DNA from: Candidatus Eiseniibacteriota bacterium
Lineage (GTDB): Bacteria > Eisenbacteria > RBG-16-71-46
NCBI GenBank assembly: GCA_963717935.1
Contig: CAVQXP010000002.1
Span: forward strand, 128,001-192,000
DNA: 64,000 bases
Reading direction: 5' to 3'
The first letter of the stretch is position 1, and each line of letters starts with the position of its first letter. The notes below the pieces were generated by a model, which saw only the letters and a list, made by a program, of their open reading frames with translations, was not told where the DNA came from and did not search any database. The position numbers and the translations under genes are program-made. Shown here piece after piece: positions 31,193 through 42,821 of this stretch.

Positions 31193-31201
31193 GCCGGCTC
31201 G

Positions 31202-33130
<1,929 letters not shown>

Positions 33131-33133
33131 CCC

Positions 33134-34687
33134 GTGAACTTCCCCTGGCTCTCCTGGCTCGTCTTCCTCCCGCTCGCGGGGGCCGTGCTGCTCCTGGCCA
33201 CGCCCGCCGCGGCCGATCGGTGGCACCGGCGCTGGGCCACGACCGTGGCGCTGGCCGAGTTCGCGCTGTCGCTGCCGCTGTGGTGGCGGGTCATCCCCTG
33301 GCAGCCGGGCTGGCAGCTGGTCGAGAAGCGCGCGTGGCTGCCGGCGCTCGGGGCGCAGTACTACCTGGGCGTGGACGGCATCAGCATGCTTCTCGTGCTG
33401 CTCACCACGCTCATGACCGTGGTCGCGATCATCGGGGCGTTCGGCGCGGTCCGGGAGCGCACGCGCGAGTTCTACGCGCTGTTGCTGGCGCTCGAGGCCG
33501 GGATGATCGGCACCTTCCTCGCGCTCGACCTGCTGCTCTTCTACGTGTTCTGGGAGGCCATGCTCATCCCCATGTACCTGCTGATCGGGGCCTGGGGCGG
33601 GCAGCGCCGCGTCTACGCCGCGGTCAAGTTCTTCCTCTACACCATGGCGGGCAGCGTGCTGATGCTGGTCGCGATCCTCTCGCTCTACTTCATGCAGAAG
33701 GGGCTGACCGGCGTGCCCACCTTCGAGCTCGACGCCTTCTACGCCATGCCGCTGGCGCCCGCGTCGCAGGTCTGGCTGTTCCTGGCGTTCGCGCTGGCCT
33801 TCGCCATCAAGGTGCCGATGTTCCCGTTCCACACCTGGCTGCCCGACGCGCACGTCGAGGCGCCGACCGCGGGCTCGGTCATCCTGGCGGCCGTGCTCCT
33901 GAAGATGGGCACCTACGGCTACCTGCGCTTCGCCATCCCGCTCTTCCCGACGGCCTCGATCCAGTTCACGCCGTGGATCGTGGCGCTCGCGCTGATCGGC
34001 ATCGTCTACGGGGCGCTGGTCTCGATGGTGCAGCCCGACCTGAAGAAGCTCGTGGCCTACTCGTCGGTGAGCCACCTGGGCTTCTGCATGCTGGGGCTCT
34101 ACGCCATGAACCCGCAGGGCTTCGCGGGCTCGATGATGCAGATGCTGAGCCACGGCGTCTCGACGGGGGCGCTGTTCCTCCTCGTGGGCGTCGTCTACGA
34201 GCGCCGCCACACCCGGCTCATCGCCGACTTCGGCGGGCTGTGGAAGCCGCTTCCGGTCTACTCCGCCATCTTCCTGGTGGTGATGCTCTCGTCGATCGGC
34301 CTGCCCGGCACGAACGGCTTCGTGGGCGAGTTCCTGGTGCTGCTCGGGGCCTTCCGCGCGAACTGGTGGTGGGCCGCGATCGCCGCGACCGGGGTGATCC
34401 TCTCGGCCTGCTACATGCTGTGGATGTTCCAGCGCGTGGCCTTCGGGCCCGTCACGCACGAGGAGAACCGGGACCTCAAGGACCTCTCGCTGCGCGAGCG
34501 GCTGGTGTTCGCGCCGCTGCTCATCCTCATCTTCTGGATGGGCGTGATGCCGCAGCCGTTCCTCGACCGCATGCAGCCGGCGCTGAACCGCACGCTCGAG
34601 CTCTCGAAGCAGCGCGTCGCGGCGGCCGCGGCCATGCACACGCTGCCCGGGGCGTTCTTCCAGCTGCCGGCCGGAGGTGAGCGATGA
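33134..34687 (+). CDS. nuoM: NADH-quinone oxidoreductase subunit M
   Basis: FYVFWE, PFHTWLPDAHVEAP, AYSSVSH. Confidence 0.96.
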   Translation: MNFPWLSWLVFLPLAGAVLLLATPAAADRWHRRWATTVALAEFALSLPLWWRVIPWQPGWQLVEKRAWLPALGAQYYLGVDGISMLLVLLTTLMTVVAIIGAFGAVRERTREFYALLLALEAGMIGTFLALDLLLFYVFWEAMLIPMYLLIGAWGGQRRVYAAVKFFLYTMAGSVLMLVAILSLYFMQKGLTGVPTFELDAFYAMPLAPASQVWLFLAFALAFAIKVPMFPFHTWLPDAHVEAPTAGSVILAAVLLKMGTYGYLRFAIPLFPTASIQFTPWIVALALIGIVYGALVSMVQPDLKKLVAYSSVSHLGFCMLGLYAMNPQGFAGSMMQMLSHGVSTGALFLLVGVVYERRHTRLIADFGGLWKPLPVYSAIFLVVMLSSIGLPGTNGFVGEFLVLLGAFRANWWWAAIAATGVILSACYMLWMFQRVAFGPVTHEENRDLKDLSLRERLVFAPLLILIFWMGVMPQPFLDRMQPALNRTLELSKQRVAAAAAMHTLPGAFFQLPAGGER

Positions 34688-36150
34688 GCGTGCTCCCCGC
34701 GCCGTTCCTGCTGCCGGTGGACTGGTGGGCGCTGGGCGCCGTGCTGGCCCTGAGCGTGGGCGCCATGCTGCTCCTGCTGCTGGAGTTCCGGCCGGCGAGG
34801 TCGGGGTCCAGCCGCGCGGCGGTGGTGGCGCTGGCGGCGCTCGCCGTCTCCGCCGTGGCCGCGACGGTGACGCGCGACGCCCGGCGCACCCTTTTCGGCG
34901 GCATGTTCGTGCACGACGGGTTCACGGTCTTCTTCACGCTGCTGTTCTGCGCCATCGGGGCGTTCGCGGTGCTGCTGTCGTGGGACTATGTCAAGCGCAC
35001 GCGCATCAACCACGCCGAGTACTACGCGCTGCTGCTGTGCGCCACCCTCGGCATGGTCCTGATGGCCGGCTCGAACGACCTCATCACCGTCTTCCTCGGC
35101 CTCGAGCTGATGTCGCTCGCGCTCTACGTGCTGGTGGGCTTCCGGCGCAACCGGCTCGAGTCGAACGAGGCGGCGCTCAAGTACTTCCTGCTCGGCGCCT
35201 TTGCGAGCGGCTTCTTCCTCTACGGCATCGCGCTGCTCTACGGCGCCACCGGCACCACGAGCCTCTCGAAGATAGCCGAGTTCCTGGCCGCCTCGCCCCT
35301 GCGCCCGAACCCGCTGCTGCTCACCGGCGGGCTGCTGCTGCTGGTCGGCTTCTTCTTCAAGGTGGCGGCGGTGCCCTTCCACATGTGGACGCCCGACGCC
35401 TACGAGGGCGCGCCCACGTCGGTGACGGCCTTCATGTCGGTGGGGGCGAAGGCCGCGGCCTTCGCCGCGCTGCTGCGCTTCGGCCTGCGGGCGCTGGGTG
35501 GCTTCCCGGCGGAGTGGGTCCCGGTGCTGAGCGCCGTGGCGATGCTCACCATGACCGTGGGCAACGTCACCGCGCTGCTCCAGAACAACCTCAAGCGCAT
35601 GCTGGCGTACTCGAGCATCGCCCACGCTGGCTACGTGCTGGTGGCCGTGGCGGCGGGCGGGCCCGACGGGGCATCGGCCGCGCTCTTCTACCTGGCGGTC
35701 TACTCGGTCATGAACCTGGGAGCCTTCGGCGTGCTCACGATCCTCGGCCGCGGGGCGCAGGAGCGCGTGCTCATGGCCGACGTCGCGGGCCTGGGCTTCC
35801 GCCGGCCGCTCGTCGGGCTGGCGCTGGCGGCGTTCATGATCTCGCTCGGCGGCATCCCGCCCACGGCCGGCTTCATGGGCAAGGTCACCGTGTTCGCCGC
35901 GGCGCTCAAGGCCGGGCTCCTGCCGCTGGTCATCGTGGGCGTGCTGAACAGCGTGGTGTCGGTCTACTACTATCTGCGCGTGACCGTGGCGATGTACATG
36001 CAGGAGCCGCAGGGCGAGCCGACCGAGGTCTCCTGGGCCGCGCCCGCGGCCGTGGCGATCGTGCTGGCGCTGGCGCTCACGCTCTGGTGGGGCGTGCAGG
36101 CCGGCGGCCTGCTCGCGCAGGCGCAGCGCTCGGTGCTCTGGCTGCTGTAG
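34684..36150 (+). CDS. nuoN: NADH-quinone oxidoreductase subunit N
   Basis: EAALKYF, PFHMWTPDAYEGAP, KRMLAYSSIAHAG. Confidence 0.96.
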   Translation: MSVLPAPFLLPVDWWALGAVLALSVGAMLLLLLEFRPARSGSSRAAVVALAALAVSAVAATVTRDARRTLFGGMFVHDGFTVFFTLLFCAIGAFAVLLSWDYVKRTRINHAEYYALLLCATLGMVLMAGSNDLITVFLGLELMSLALYVLVGFRRNRLESNEAALKYFLLGAFASGFFLYGIALLYGATGTTSLSKIAEFLAASPLRPNPLLLTGGLLLLVGFFFKVAAVPFHMWTPDAYEGAPTSVTAFMSVGAKAAAFAALLRFGLRALGGFPAEWVPVLSAVAMLTMTVGNVTALLQNNLKRMLAYSSIAHAGYVLVAVAAGGPDGASAALFYLAVYSVMNLGAFGVLTILGRGAQERVLMADVAGLGFRRPLVGLALAAFMISLGGIPPTAGFMGKVTVFAAALKAGLLPLVIVGVLNSVVSVYYYLRVTVAMYMQEPQGEPTEVSWAAPAAVAIVLALALTLWWGVQAGGLLAQAQRSVLWLL

Positions 36151-36177
36151 CGAAGGCCCGCAGGGGACGGACTGGCT

Positions 36178-37422
36178 TCAGGGGCTCTCCTGCGGCCATC
36201 GCAACAGCAGGGCCCGCGCCGCGTCGCCCGGCTCGAGACTCCCCGCTTCCTCGGGCACGACCACCAGCGCATGCGCGCGGGACTGGGGCGTGAGGTAGCC
36301 GGAGACCTGGGGGCCGGCGGGCGCCGCCCACCAGCCGCCGTCGCGCCGCGAGAGCGTGGCGCGAGCGAAGTCCCGGCGCCCGGCCCGCGAGCCGAAGGAC
36401 GCCGCAGCGCGCACGTCGAGCCAGGGGCGCTCGAGCCCGGAGAAGCCCTGGAGTTTCCGCAGCGCGGGCCTCACCAGGGTCTCGAAGACGCACGCCACCG
36501 AGCCGGGATTGCCGGGCAGTCCGAAGAAGAGCCTGCCGCCCGGCGTGCCGAAGGCCTGCGGCCTGCCCGGCCTCATCGCGACCTGCCACAGCTCGACGTC
36601 CCCGATCGCGTCCAGGCTGAGCTTCACCGGGTCGTGGTCCCCGGCCGAGACGCCGCCGATGGTGAGCACGGTGTCCGCGAGCGCGAGCGCGTCGCGGATG
36701 GCGGCCGTCACCGCGGCGACGTCGTCGGGCAGGCGACGACGCCAGGCGACCGTGCAGCCGCACTCCTCCAGCAGGGCCGCCAGTTGCGTCGTGTTGCTCT
36801 CGCGGATGGCGCCGGGCCGGAGCGGCTCGAGGGGCGCCAGCAGTTCGTCGCCGGTCGACAGGAGGGCCACCGCGGGCCGCACGCCGACCGGGACCTCTGC
36901 GAATCCGAGCGCGGCGAGCAACGCGAGGTCGTGCGGGGAGAGCTCCTGCCCTGCGGCGAGCGCGATCGCGCCCGCCGGCAGGTCCGCCGCCGCGGGACGG
37001 ACGCAGTCGCCACGGGCCACGGGCCCCGCGACGCGGACCCGGGCGGGCGCCTCGAGACCCTCGGCATCCTCGAAGGGGATCACGGCGTCGGCGCCCTGCG
37101 GCAGCATGGCGCCCGTCATGATGCGCATGGCCTCGCCGGGGCCCAGCGGACGGGAGGGCACGCGCCCGGCGGAGAGGACCTCGACCACCGCCAGCGTCAC
37201 GGGAGCGGCCGCCGTGGCGCCCGCGAGGTCGGCCGAGCGCGTCGCCCAGCCATCCATGGAGGCGTTGTCGAAGGGCGGGAGCGGATGCGGCGCCGTCAGC
37301 GTCTCGCGCAGGGCGCGCCCGCGGGCGGCCGCCAGGCTCACGCGCTCGACTGGCCCCGGGCGCACGGCCGCGAGCACGCGCTCCCGCGCCTCGGCGTACG
37401 AGAGGGAGCGGGGAGCGGTCAT
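36178..37422 (-). CDS. moeA: Molybdopterin molybdenumtransferase
   Basis: PPFDNASMDG, IMTGA, STGDEL, GGVSAG, GLPGNP. Confidence 0.93.
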   Translation of the reverse strand: MTAPRSLSYAEARERVLAAVRPGPVERVSLAAARGRALRETLTAPHPLPPFDNASMDGWATRSADLAGATAAAPVTLAVVEVLSAGRVPSRPLGPGEAMRIMTGAMLPQGADAVIPFEDAEGLEAPARVRVAGPVARGDCVRPAAADLPAGAIALAAGQELSPHDLALLAALGFAEVPVGVRPAVALLSTGDELLAPLEPLRPGAIRESNTTQLAALLEECGCTVAWRRRLPDDVAAVTAAIRDALALADTVLTIGGVSAGDHDPVKLSLDAIGDVELWQVAMRPGRPQAFGTPGGRLFFGLPGNPGSVACVFETLVRPALRKLQGFSGLERPWLDVRAAASFGSRAGRRDFARATLSRRDGGWWAAPAGPQVSGYLTPQSRAHALVVVPEEAGSLEPGDAARALLLRWPQESP

Positions 37423-37461
37423 CGCGTGCTGGGTCCGGCGGCGGGCGGATGCGACGGGGTC

Positions 37462-37941
37462 TCAGCGCCGGCGGTAGACGCCACTGCGCCCCCCGCGCTT
37501 CTCCCAGAGCGCGAACTCGCCCATCACCATGCCGCGGTCCACCGCCTTGAGCATGTCGTAGAGCGCGAGCGCGGCCACCGTGACCGCGGTGAGCGCCTCC
37601 ATCTCGACGCCGGTGCGGCCCCGGGTGCGGACCCGCGACTCGATCTCCACGGCCGGGCTCTCCTCGTCGAAGCGGAAGGCGAGCTCCACGCCGTCGAGGG
37701 CCAGGGCGTGGGCGAGCGGGATCAGCTCGCTCGTGCGCTTGGCGGCCATGACGCCCGCGAGGTGGGCGGTGGCGATGACGTCGCCCTTGGGCGCCCGGCC
37801 CGAGCGCAGCAGGTCGAGTGTGTCGCGGTGCATGAACACCTTGCCGCGCGCGACCGCCTCGCGCAGGGTGACGCGCTTGCCGCTCACGTCCACCATGCGC
37901 GCGCGTCCGGAAGCGTCCAGATGCGAGAGTCTGCGCGCCAT
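37462..37941 (-). CDS. moaC: Cyclic pyranopterin monophosphate synthase
   Basis: LSHLD..ARMVDVSGK, TGVEMEALTAV, YDMLKAVD, EKRGGRSG. Confidence 0.95.
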   Translation of the reverse strand: MARRLSHLDASGRARMVDVSGKRVTLREAVARGKVFMHRDTLDLLRSGRAPKGDVIATAHLAGVMAAKRTSELIPLAHALALDGVELAFRFDEESPAVEIESRVRTRGRTGVEMEALTAVTVAALALYDMLKAVDRGMVMGEFALWEKRGGRSGVYRRR

Positions 37942-37946
37942 GCGGC

Positions 37947-37978
37947 TTGACATTAGGTAGACCCCTCCGTAGTGTCAA
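37947..37978. promoter_or_regulatory. Symmetric overlapping bidirectional sigma70 promoter
   Basis: Plus: TTGACA(37947)-N17-TAGTGT(37970); minus: TTGACA(37978)-N17-TAATGT(37955). Confidence 0.7.
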
Positions 37979-37994
37979 TCGCTCGAAGCCCTCC

Positions 37995-38864
37995 ATGCCA
38001 CTCGATCGCGCCCTCCGCCGCCCCGTCTCGACGCGCCACGCCTTCGCGCTGGCGTTCGACCTCACGCTGCTGCGCGACCCGCTCCACTCGCTCGTCGTGC
38101 CGTTCCTGCTGCGCGCGCCCTGGATCCTGGCGGTGCTCCTGCTGCCGGCGACGGGCGAGGGGCGGCCGCTCACGCCGGTGGTGCTGGTGAGCTCGATGGC
38201 CCTGCTGGGGGGCTCGGTCTCGTGGTGGGCGGTGGACGCGATGCTGCGCGTGCGAGCGCGCTCGGTCTACCACACGCCGCACAGCATGCCGCCCGCGCCC
38301 GCGCTCGAGTGCTACGAGCACGGGCTGCGGCGCCTTCCGTGGCTCTACCTGACCGAGTGCGTGCGCGGCTTCGGCCTGGCCCTCGGCTTCGGCATGTTCG
38401 TGCTGCCCGGCGTCTACCTTGCCTACAAGCTTGCCTTCAGCACCGAGGCCGTCGTACTGGATGAGCGGGACATGGCCGGAGCGTTCCAGCACTCGTTCCG
38501 CCTGAGCCGCGGCCGGCTCGAGCGCTGGCTCGAGATGGTCGTGGTCTCCGTGCTGCTGGTGCTCGGGGTGCTCTTCTTCGGCACGGTGCTCTCCCTCGTC
38601 GTCCGCTGGCTCTCCTTCGAGACCTGGAAGACCGTCACGCTCCTGCTGCTGGTCGCGCTGTGGCCCATCTTCCAGTACGCCTGGACGTTCTTCTACCTGC
38701 GACTGATCGAGCTGGAGGAGCCGCGGATGCAGGAGGCCGGCCCCTTCTTCGCGTCGAGCGCGCTGGGTGGCCCGTGGCGTGCCCCCGGGGGCGGCCCGCT
38801 GCGCCTCACGCTGGTGCCGCCGACCCACCCGCTCTCCGAGAAGAACGAGGACGGGACGGCCTGA
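37995..38864 (+). CDS. Hypothetical integral membrane protein
   Basis: Five to six hydrophobic segments; ..VVLDE..AFQHSFRLSRG pattern; start placed downstream of the promoter. Confidence 0.7.
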   Translation: MPLDRALRRPVSTRHAFALAFDLTLLRDPLHSLVVPFLLRAPWILAVLLLPATGEGRPLTPVVLVSSMALLGGSVSWWAVDAMLRVRARSVYHTPHSMPPAPALECYEHGLRRLPWLYLTECVRGFGLALGFGMFVLPGVYLAYKLAFSTEAVVLDERDMAGAFQHSFRLSRGRLERWLEMVVVSVLLVLGVLFFGTVLSLVVRWLSFETWKTVTLLLLVALWPIFQYAWTFFYLRLIELEEPRMQEAGPFFASSALGGPWRAPGGGPLRLTLVPPTHPLSEKNEDGTA

Positions 38865-38975
38865 CGCGCCTCGGGCGCCCCCGCGGCGCCTTGCCCCGGA
38901 CACTCCCCGCCCCACCGGCCTTGACCACCCTGACGGGGCGTGGCATTTTGAAACGGTCAAAGGTCGCCTGGGGGT

Positions 38976-40052
38976 ATGACGATGCCCTTCTCCACCGGGG
39001 CGGCCCGTCCGGGCCGGTCCGTTACGGCCGACCCGGCTGGCCGGGACCCCTTCCTGCGCAACATCGTGGGGGCGAGCCCGAAGATGCAGCGCATCTTCCG
39101 GCTCGTGACCAAGGTCGCCCCCACGGACAGCAGCGTCCTGTTGCTGGGGGAGAGCGGCACGGGCAAGGAGTTGATCGCCCGCTCCATCCACCTCCAGTCG
39201 CGGCGGGCAGCCGGCCCCTTCGTGGCCGTCAATGTGGGCGCCCTGCCCGAGTCGCTCATCGAGAGCGAGTTGTTCGGCTACGTGCGCGGGGCCTTCACCG
39301 GGGCTGCCAGCGACCGCGAGGGCCTGGTCGAGAGCGCGGATGGCGGCACCCTCTTCCTCGACGAGATCGGCGACATGCCGCCCACCACCCAGGTGAAGCT
39401 GCTGCGCACCCTCGAGAGCAGCGAGTTGCGCCGCCTCGGGGACAACCACCTGCGGGTGGTGGACATCCGCGTGATCGCTGCCACGCACCGCGACCTGCTG
39501 GCCGAGGCCGGGGCCGGGCGTTTCCGGCAGGATCTCTACTACCGGCTCAACGTGGTCCAGATCGAGTTGCCCCCCCTGCGCGAGCGGCGGGAGGACGTCG
39601 GGTTGCTGGCCTCCTACTTCCTCGACCGCGCGGCGCGGAAGAACGGCCGCCCGCCCATGCGCTTCGCGCCCGAGGTCGAGGACCTGCTCGAGCGTTACGA
39701 CTGGCCGGGCAACGTGCGGGAGCTGGAGAACGCGATCGAGCACGCCGCGGCGGTCACCGAGGGCCCGGTCGTGCGGCCCGCCGACCTGCCCACCGCGGTG
39801 CGCTCGCCGCGCCTGCTCGCACGCGGCAGCGGGGCGGTGACGGCGGCCGCGGCGGCCGCGGTGGCGCCGGACGCGGCCGGGGCCGACGCGCGCGAGGTCT
39901 GGCCGCTCACCCGGGTCGAGGAGGAGCACATCCGCCTCGTGCTCGCGCGCCACCGCGGCAACGCCGCGGCGGCGGCGCGGCAGCTCGGCATCTCGCGCAC
40001 CACGCTGTGGCGGAAGCTCAGGCAATACGGCATCCCGCGCACTTCCGGCTGA
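38976..40052 (+). CDS. Sigma-54-dependent enhancer-binding protein with no N-terminal regulatory domain
   Basis: GESGTGKE, GAFTGA, LFLDEIG, FRQDLYYRL, WPGNVRELEN, Fis-HTH LGISRTTLWRKL; only about 25 aa precede the AAA+ domain. Confidence 0.92.
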   Translation: MTMPFSTGAARPGRSVTADPAGRDPFLRNIVGASPKMQRIFRLVTKVAPTDSSVLLLGESGTGKELIARSIHLQSRRAAGPFVAVNVGALPESLIESELFGYVRGAFTGAASDREGLVESADGGTLFLDEIGDMPPTTQVKLLRTLESSELRRLGDNHLRVVDIRVIAATHRDLLAEAGAGRFRQDLYYRLNVVQIELPPLRERREDVGLLASYFLDRAARKNGRPPMRFAPEVEDLLERYDWPGNVRELENAIEHAAAVTEGPVVRPADLPTAVRSPRLLARGSGAVTAAAAAAVAPDAAGADAREVWPLTRVEEEHIRLVLARHRGNAAAAARQLGISRTTLWRKLRQYGIPRTSG

Positions 40053-40062
40053 GAGGGGACCC

Positions 40063-41259
40063 ATGGCCTCCGAGCGTCTCTACCACGACGATCCCTACAC
40101 CACGCACTTCCGAGCGCGCGTCGCCGCGGCCGGCGAGCACGCGGGCCGTCCCGCCGTCGAGCTCGAGGCCACCTGCTTCTACCCGGAGGGCGGCGGCCAG
40201 CTGGGCGACCGCGGCACGCTGGGCGGCTTGCGGGTCGTGGACGTGCAGGCCACCGGGGAAGGCCGCATCTGGCACGTGCTGGAGAGCGCGGACGCGCCCG
40301 CGGGCGAGGTGGACGCCGAGGTGGACTGGGCGCGTCGCTTCGACCACATGCAGCAGCACACCGGGCAGCACGTCCTCTCGGCGGCCTTCGAGCGGGTGGC
40401 CGGCGCGCCGACGCTCTCCTCGACGCTGGGGGAGGAGCACAGCGTCGTCGAGGTGGCGCTGGCCGGCGCCGACTGGCGGCTGGTCGAGCGGGTGGAGGAG
40501 GCGGCGAACCGCGTCGTGTGGGAGGACCGCCCGGTTGCGCTCCACTGGGTGGACCCCGGGGAGGTGGGGCGCTTCCAACTGCGCAAGGCGCCGGCCGTGG
40601 CGGGGCGCATCCGGGTCGTCGAGATCCCGGACTGGGACGCCTCGGCCTGCGGCGGTACGCACGTGCGGCGGTCGGGCGAGGTCGGCGCGATCAAGGTCAT
40701 CCGCTGGGAGAAGCTGCGGGGCAACGTGCGCTTCGAGTTCCTGTGCGGGGCTCGCGCCCTGCGCGACCATGCCTGGCGCACCGAAGCGCTGGTCGAGGCG
40801 GCGCGCCGGCGCACGCTCAAGGACCGCGACGTCATCGCGCAGCTGGAGCGCGCCGCAGCCGAGCGCGACGAGCTCAGGAAGGGCCTTGCCGCCCTCACCG
40901 CGCGGCTGATCGAGGCCGAGGCCCGCGAGCGCGTGGGGGTTCCGCCGCAGGGTGTGGCCGGGTTCGATGCGCGGCGTCCGCGCGAGGAGGTGCGCCTGCT
41001 CGCGCTCAAGTCGCTCGAGGCGGGGGCGCCGTGGGTGGCGCTCGGGGCCGCGGAGCCGGACGCGTTCGTGATGGTCGGGAGGGCGAAGCGCCTCACCGCG
41101 GACCTGCGGACGTTGCTCCCGGGGTTGCTGGAGCACGCGCAGGGCAAGGGTGGCGGTTCGCCCGACCTCGTCCAGGTCACGGCGCCGGACGGCAGCAGGG
41201 CAGAGGTGGCGTGGCGCTGGGCCGTCGAGGCCGTGCGCCAGGCGGCGGAGGAGTCTTGA
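40063..41259 (+). CDS. alaX: AlaX-family alanyl-tRNA editing protein with DHHA1 tail
   Basis: FYPEGGGQLGDRG, HMQQHTGQH, CGGTH, GKGGGS. Confidence 0.9.
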   Translation: MASERLYHDDPYTTHFRARVAAAGEHAGRPAVELEATCFYPEGGGQLGDRGTLGGLRVVDVQATGEGRIWHVLESADAPAGEVDAEVDWARRFDHMQQHTGQHVLSAAFERVAGAPTLSSTLGEEHSVVEVALAGADWRLVERVEEAANRVVWEDRPVALHWVDPGEVGRFQLRKAPAVAGRIRVVEIPDWDASACGGTHVRRSGEVGAIKVIRWEKLRGNVRFEFLCGARALRDHAWRTEALVEAARRRTLKDRDVIAQLERAAAERDELRKGLAALTARLIEAEARERVGVPPQGVAGFDARRPREEVRLLALKSLEAGAPWVALGAAEPDAFVMVGRAKRLTADLRTLLPGLLEHAQGKGGGSPDLVQVTAPDGSRAEVAWRWAVEAVRQAAEES

Positions 41260-42734
41260 GGCTCGCGACGGCGGTGCTCGTCACCTCGACGGCGCTGGCG
41301 CTGGCGTGGCCGGCGCGGGCCGCCACGTGGGGCGAGGTCTTCTCGAGCGTCCCCGACACGGTGGTCTTCCTCGGCGAGGACGGCTCGCTTCTGCGGGCGC
41401 CCTTCGGTCTCGCCACGCGCGAGACGCTCTGGCTGCCGGCGGGTGGTCAGCGCCTCGTGCGCATCCGCGTGAGCCCCGACGGGCGGCGCGTGGCGTGGCT
41501 GACACGCGCCCACGACCGCGACACCACGCGACTGTGGGTGGATGGGCCGGGGGGTGGCGTGCAGCGCATGCGTTACTTCGCGTTCCAGGCGCAGCGCTAC
41601 GGCCAGGTCCACTCGGAGGCCGCGATCCCCACAGCCGAGGACCGGAACTCGCAGGGTGGCCGGTTGATCCAGCCCGGGGCGCTCATGAGGCGCGCTGCGT
41701 CGAATACCCTCGAGTGGACGCCCGACAGTCGCGCGGTAGTCTTCGGCTACGACGATGGCATCGCCGCGGTGGCGGCCGACGGCGGCGATGGCTTCGTCGT
41801 GAGCAAGGCGTTCGCCGTGGGACTCGAGGCCCTCGATCCAGCGCCGATCTACCTGGTGGACGCGATCGTATTGCGCGATCGCCTCAAGTCCATGCCGCAG
41901 CAGGCGAGCGGGATGCACCCCTCCGAAGCACCCGCAACCCTGGAGAATGGCGTGCCGCTCTACACCACGCTGGAACTCGGGCACGTCGACGCCCTGGAGA
42001 GCCGTGTGGCCTACCCCGGCAGTTACCTGCTCTACCCTCTGGCCGGCCGCTGGCGCGTTTTCACCGCCGGGGGGCTTTCGTCGGCACGGTTGCGTGCGGT
42101 CAGCCCCGGCACGGTCTGGTGGGCGGTCGGGCCCGTCATCCATGCGATCCGGACGCACGATCCGAACCCCACGGTGGAAGTGCGGTCGCTGGGCACGGTG
42201 GCATGGCTGGGTTACGACGAAGGACACCGGGCGCTGGTGTGGGCTGCCGGCAGGGAGGTGTTCCGCAGGCCCGAGGATGGCGGGGACGCCTCCACGGTCC
42301 TGCGCACGGGCGCTCCCATCCGTGCGGCGTTCCGCTCACGGGCGGGTCACCGCGTGTGGTTCGTCACCGGAGACAGCCTGCTGGTCTGGCATCTCCGCGA
42401 CGATTCGGTACGGGGCATCGCGCTGGACGGTCTCAAACCCGCGGCCCTGTTCGAGACACCGTTGGGGATGGCGCTGGTCCAGACCGAGGGAGGCCGGCGT
42501 GCCCCGCCCGGACTTGCGCGCGCCGACTTCGCAGCCGGGCGCTGCGTGCCCCTCGAGGTGCCCCCCGTCAAGGGCGGGGTGTTCGTGGCCGCCCCGGGGA
42601 GCGCGCACCTGCTGCTCTTCGATCCCGCGCCGAAGCCTCCGGCCACGCTGCACGTCCTCGACGTGGCCACGGCGCGCTGGGAGGCCGTGGCGAATCCGGG
42701 CATCGTCGGCTGGGAGCCGCTCGAGCCGAGATAG
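41256..42734 (+). CDS. Hypothetical secreted protein, probable beta-propeller
   Basis: TTG start overlapping the alaX stop; signal peptide ..ALAWPARA; VSPDGRRVAW and WTPDSRAVVF PD40-like blades. Confidence 0.65.
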   Translation: MRLATAVLVTSTALALAWPARAATWGEVFSSVPDTVVFLGEDGSLLRAPFGLATRETLWLPAGGQRLVRIRVSPDGRRVAWLTRAHDRDTTRLWVDGPGGGVQRMRYFAFQAQRYGQVHSEAAIPTAEDRNSQGGRLIQPGALMRRAASNTLEWTPDSRAVVFGYDDGIAAVAADGGDGFVVSKAFAVGLEALDPAPIYLVDAIVLRDRLKSMPQQASGMHPSEAPATLENGVPLYTTLELGHVDALESRVAYPGSYLLYPLAGRWRVFTAGGLSSARLRAVSPGTVWWAVGPVIHAIRTHDPNPTVEVRSLGTVAWLGYDEGHRALVWAAGREVFRRPEDGGDASTVLRTGAPIRAAFRSRAGHRVWFVTGDSLLVWHLRDDSVRGIALDGLKPAALFETPLGMALVQTEGGRRAPPGLARADFAAGRCVPLEVPPVKGGVFVAAPGSAHLLLFDPAPKPPATLHVLDVATARWEAVANPGIVGWEPLEPR

Positions 42735-42821
42735 CGGCGAGCGGGTGCCGCGGGGCCAGCGAACGCGCCGCGCCTGCCGGAGGGTCTTCCGGCTGGCGCG
42801 GCCCGGCTCGCAACCCCGCCG

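Noticed and set aside
38940..38957. Sigma-54 -24/-12 promoter upstream of the activator
   Set aside because: TGGCA is present but there is no TTGC at -12; TTGACC-N17-CATTTT fits sigma70 better
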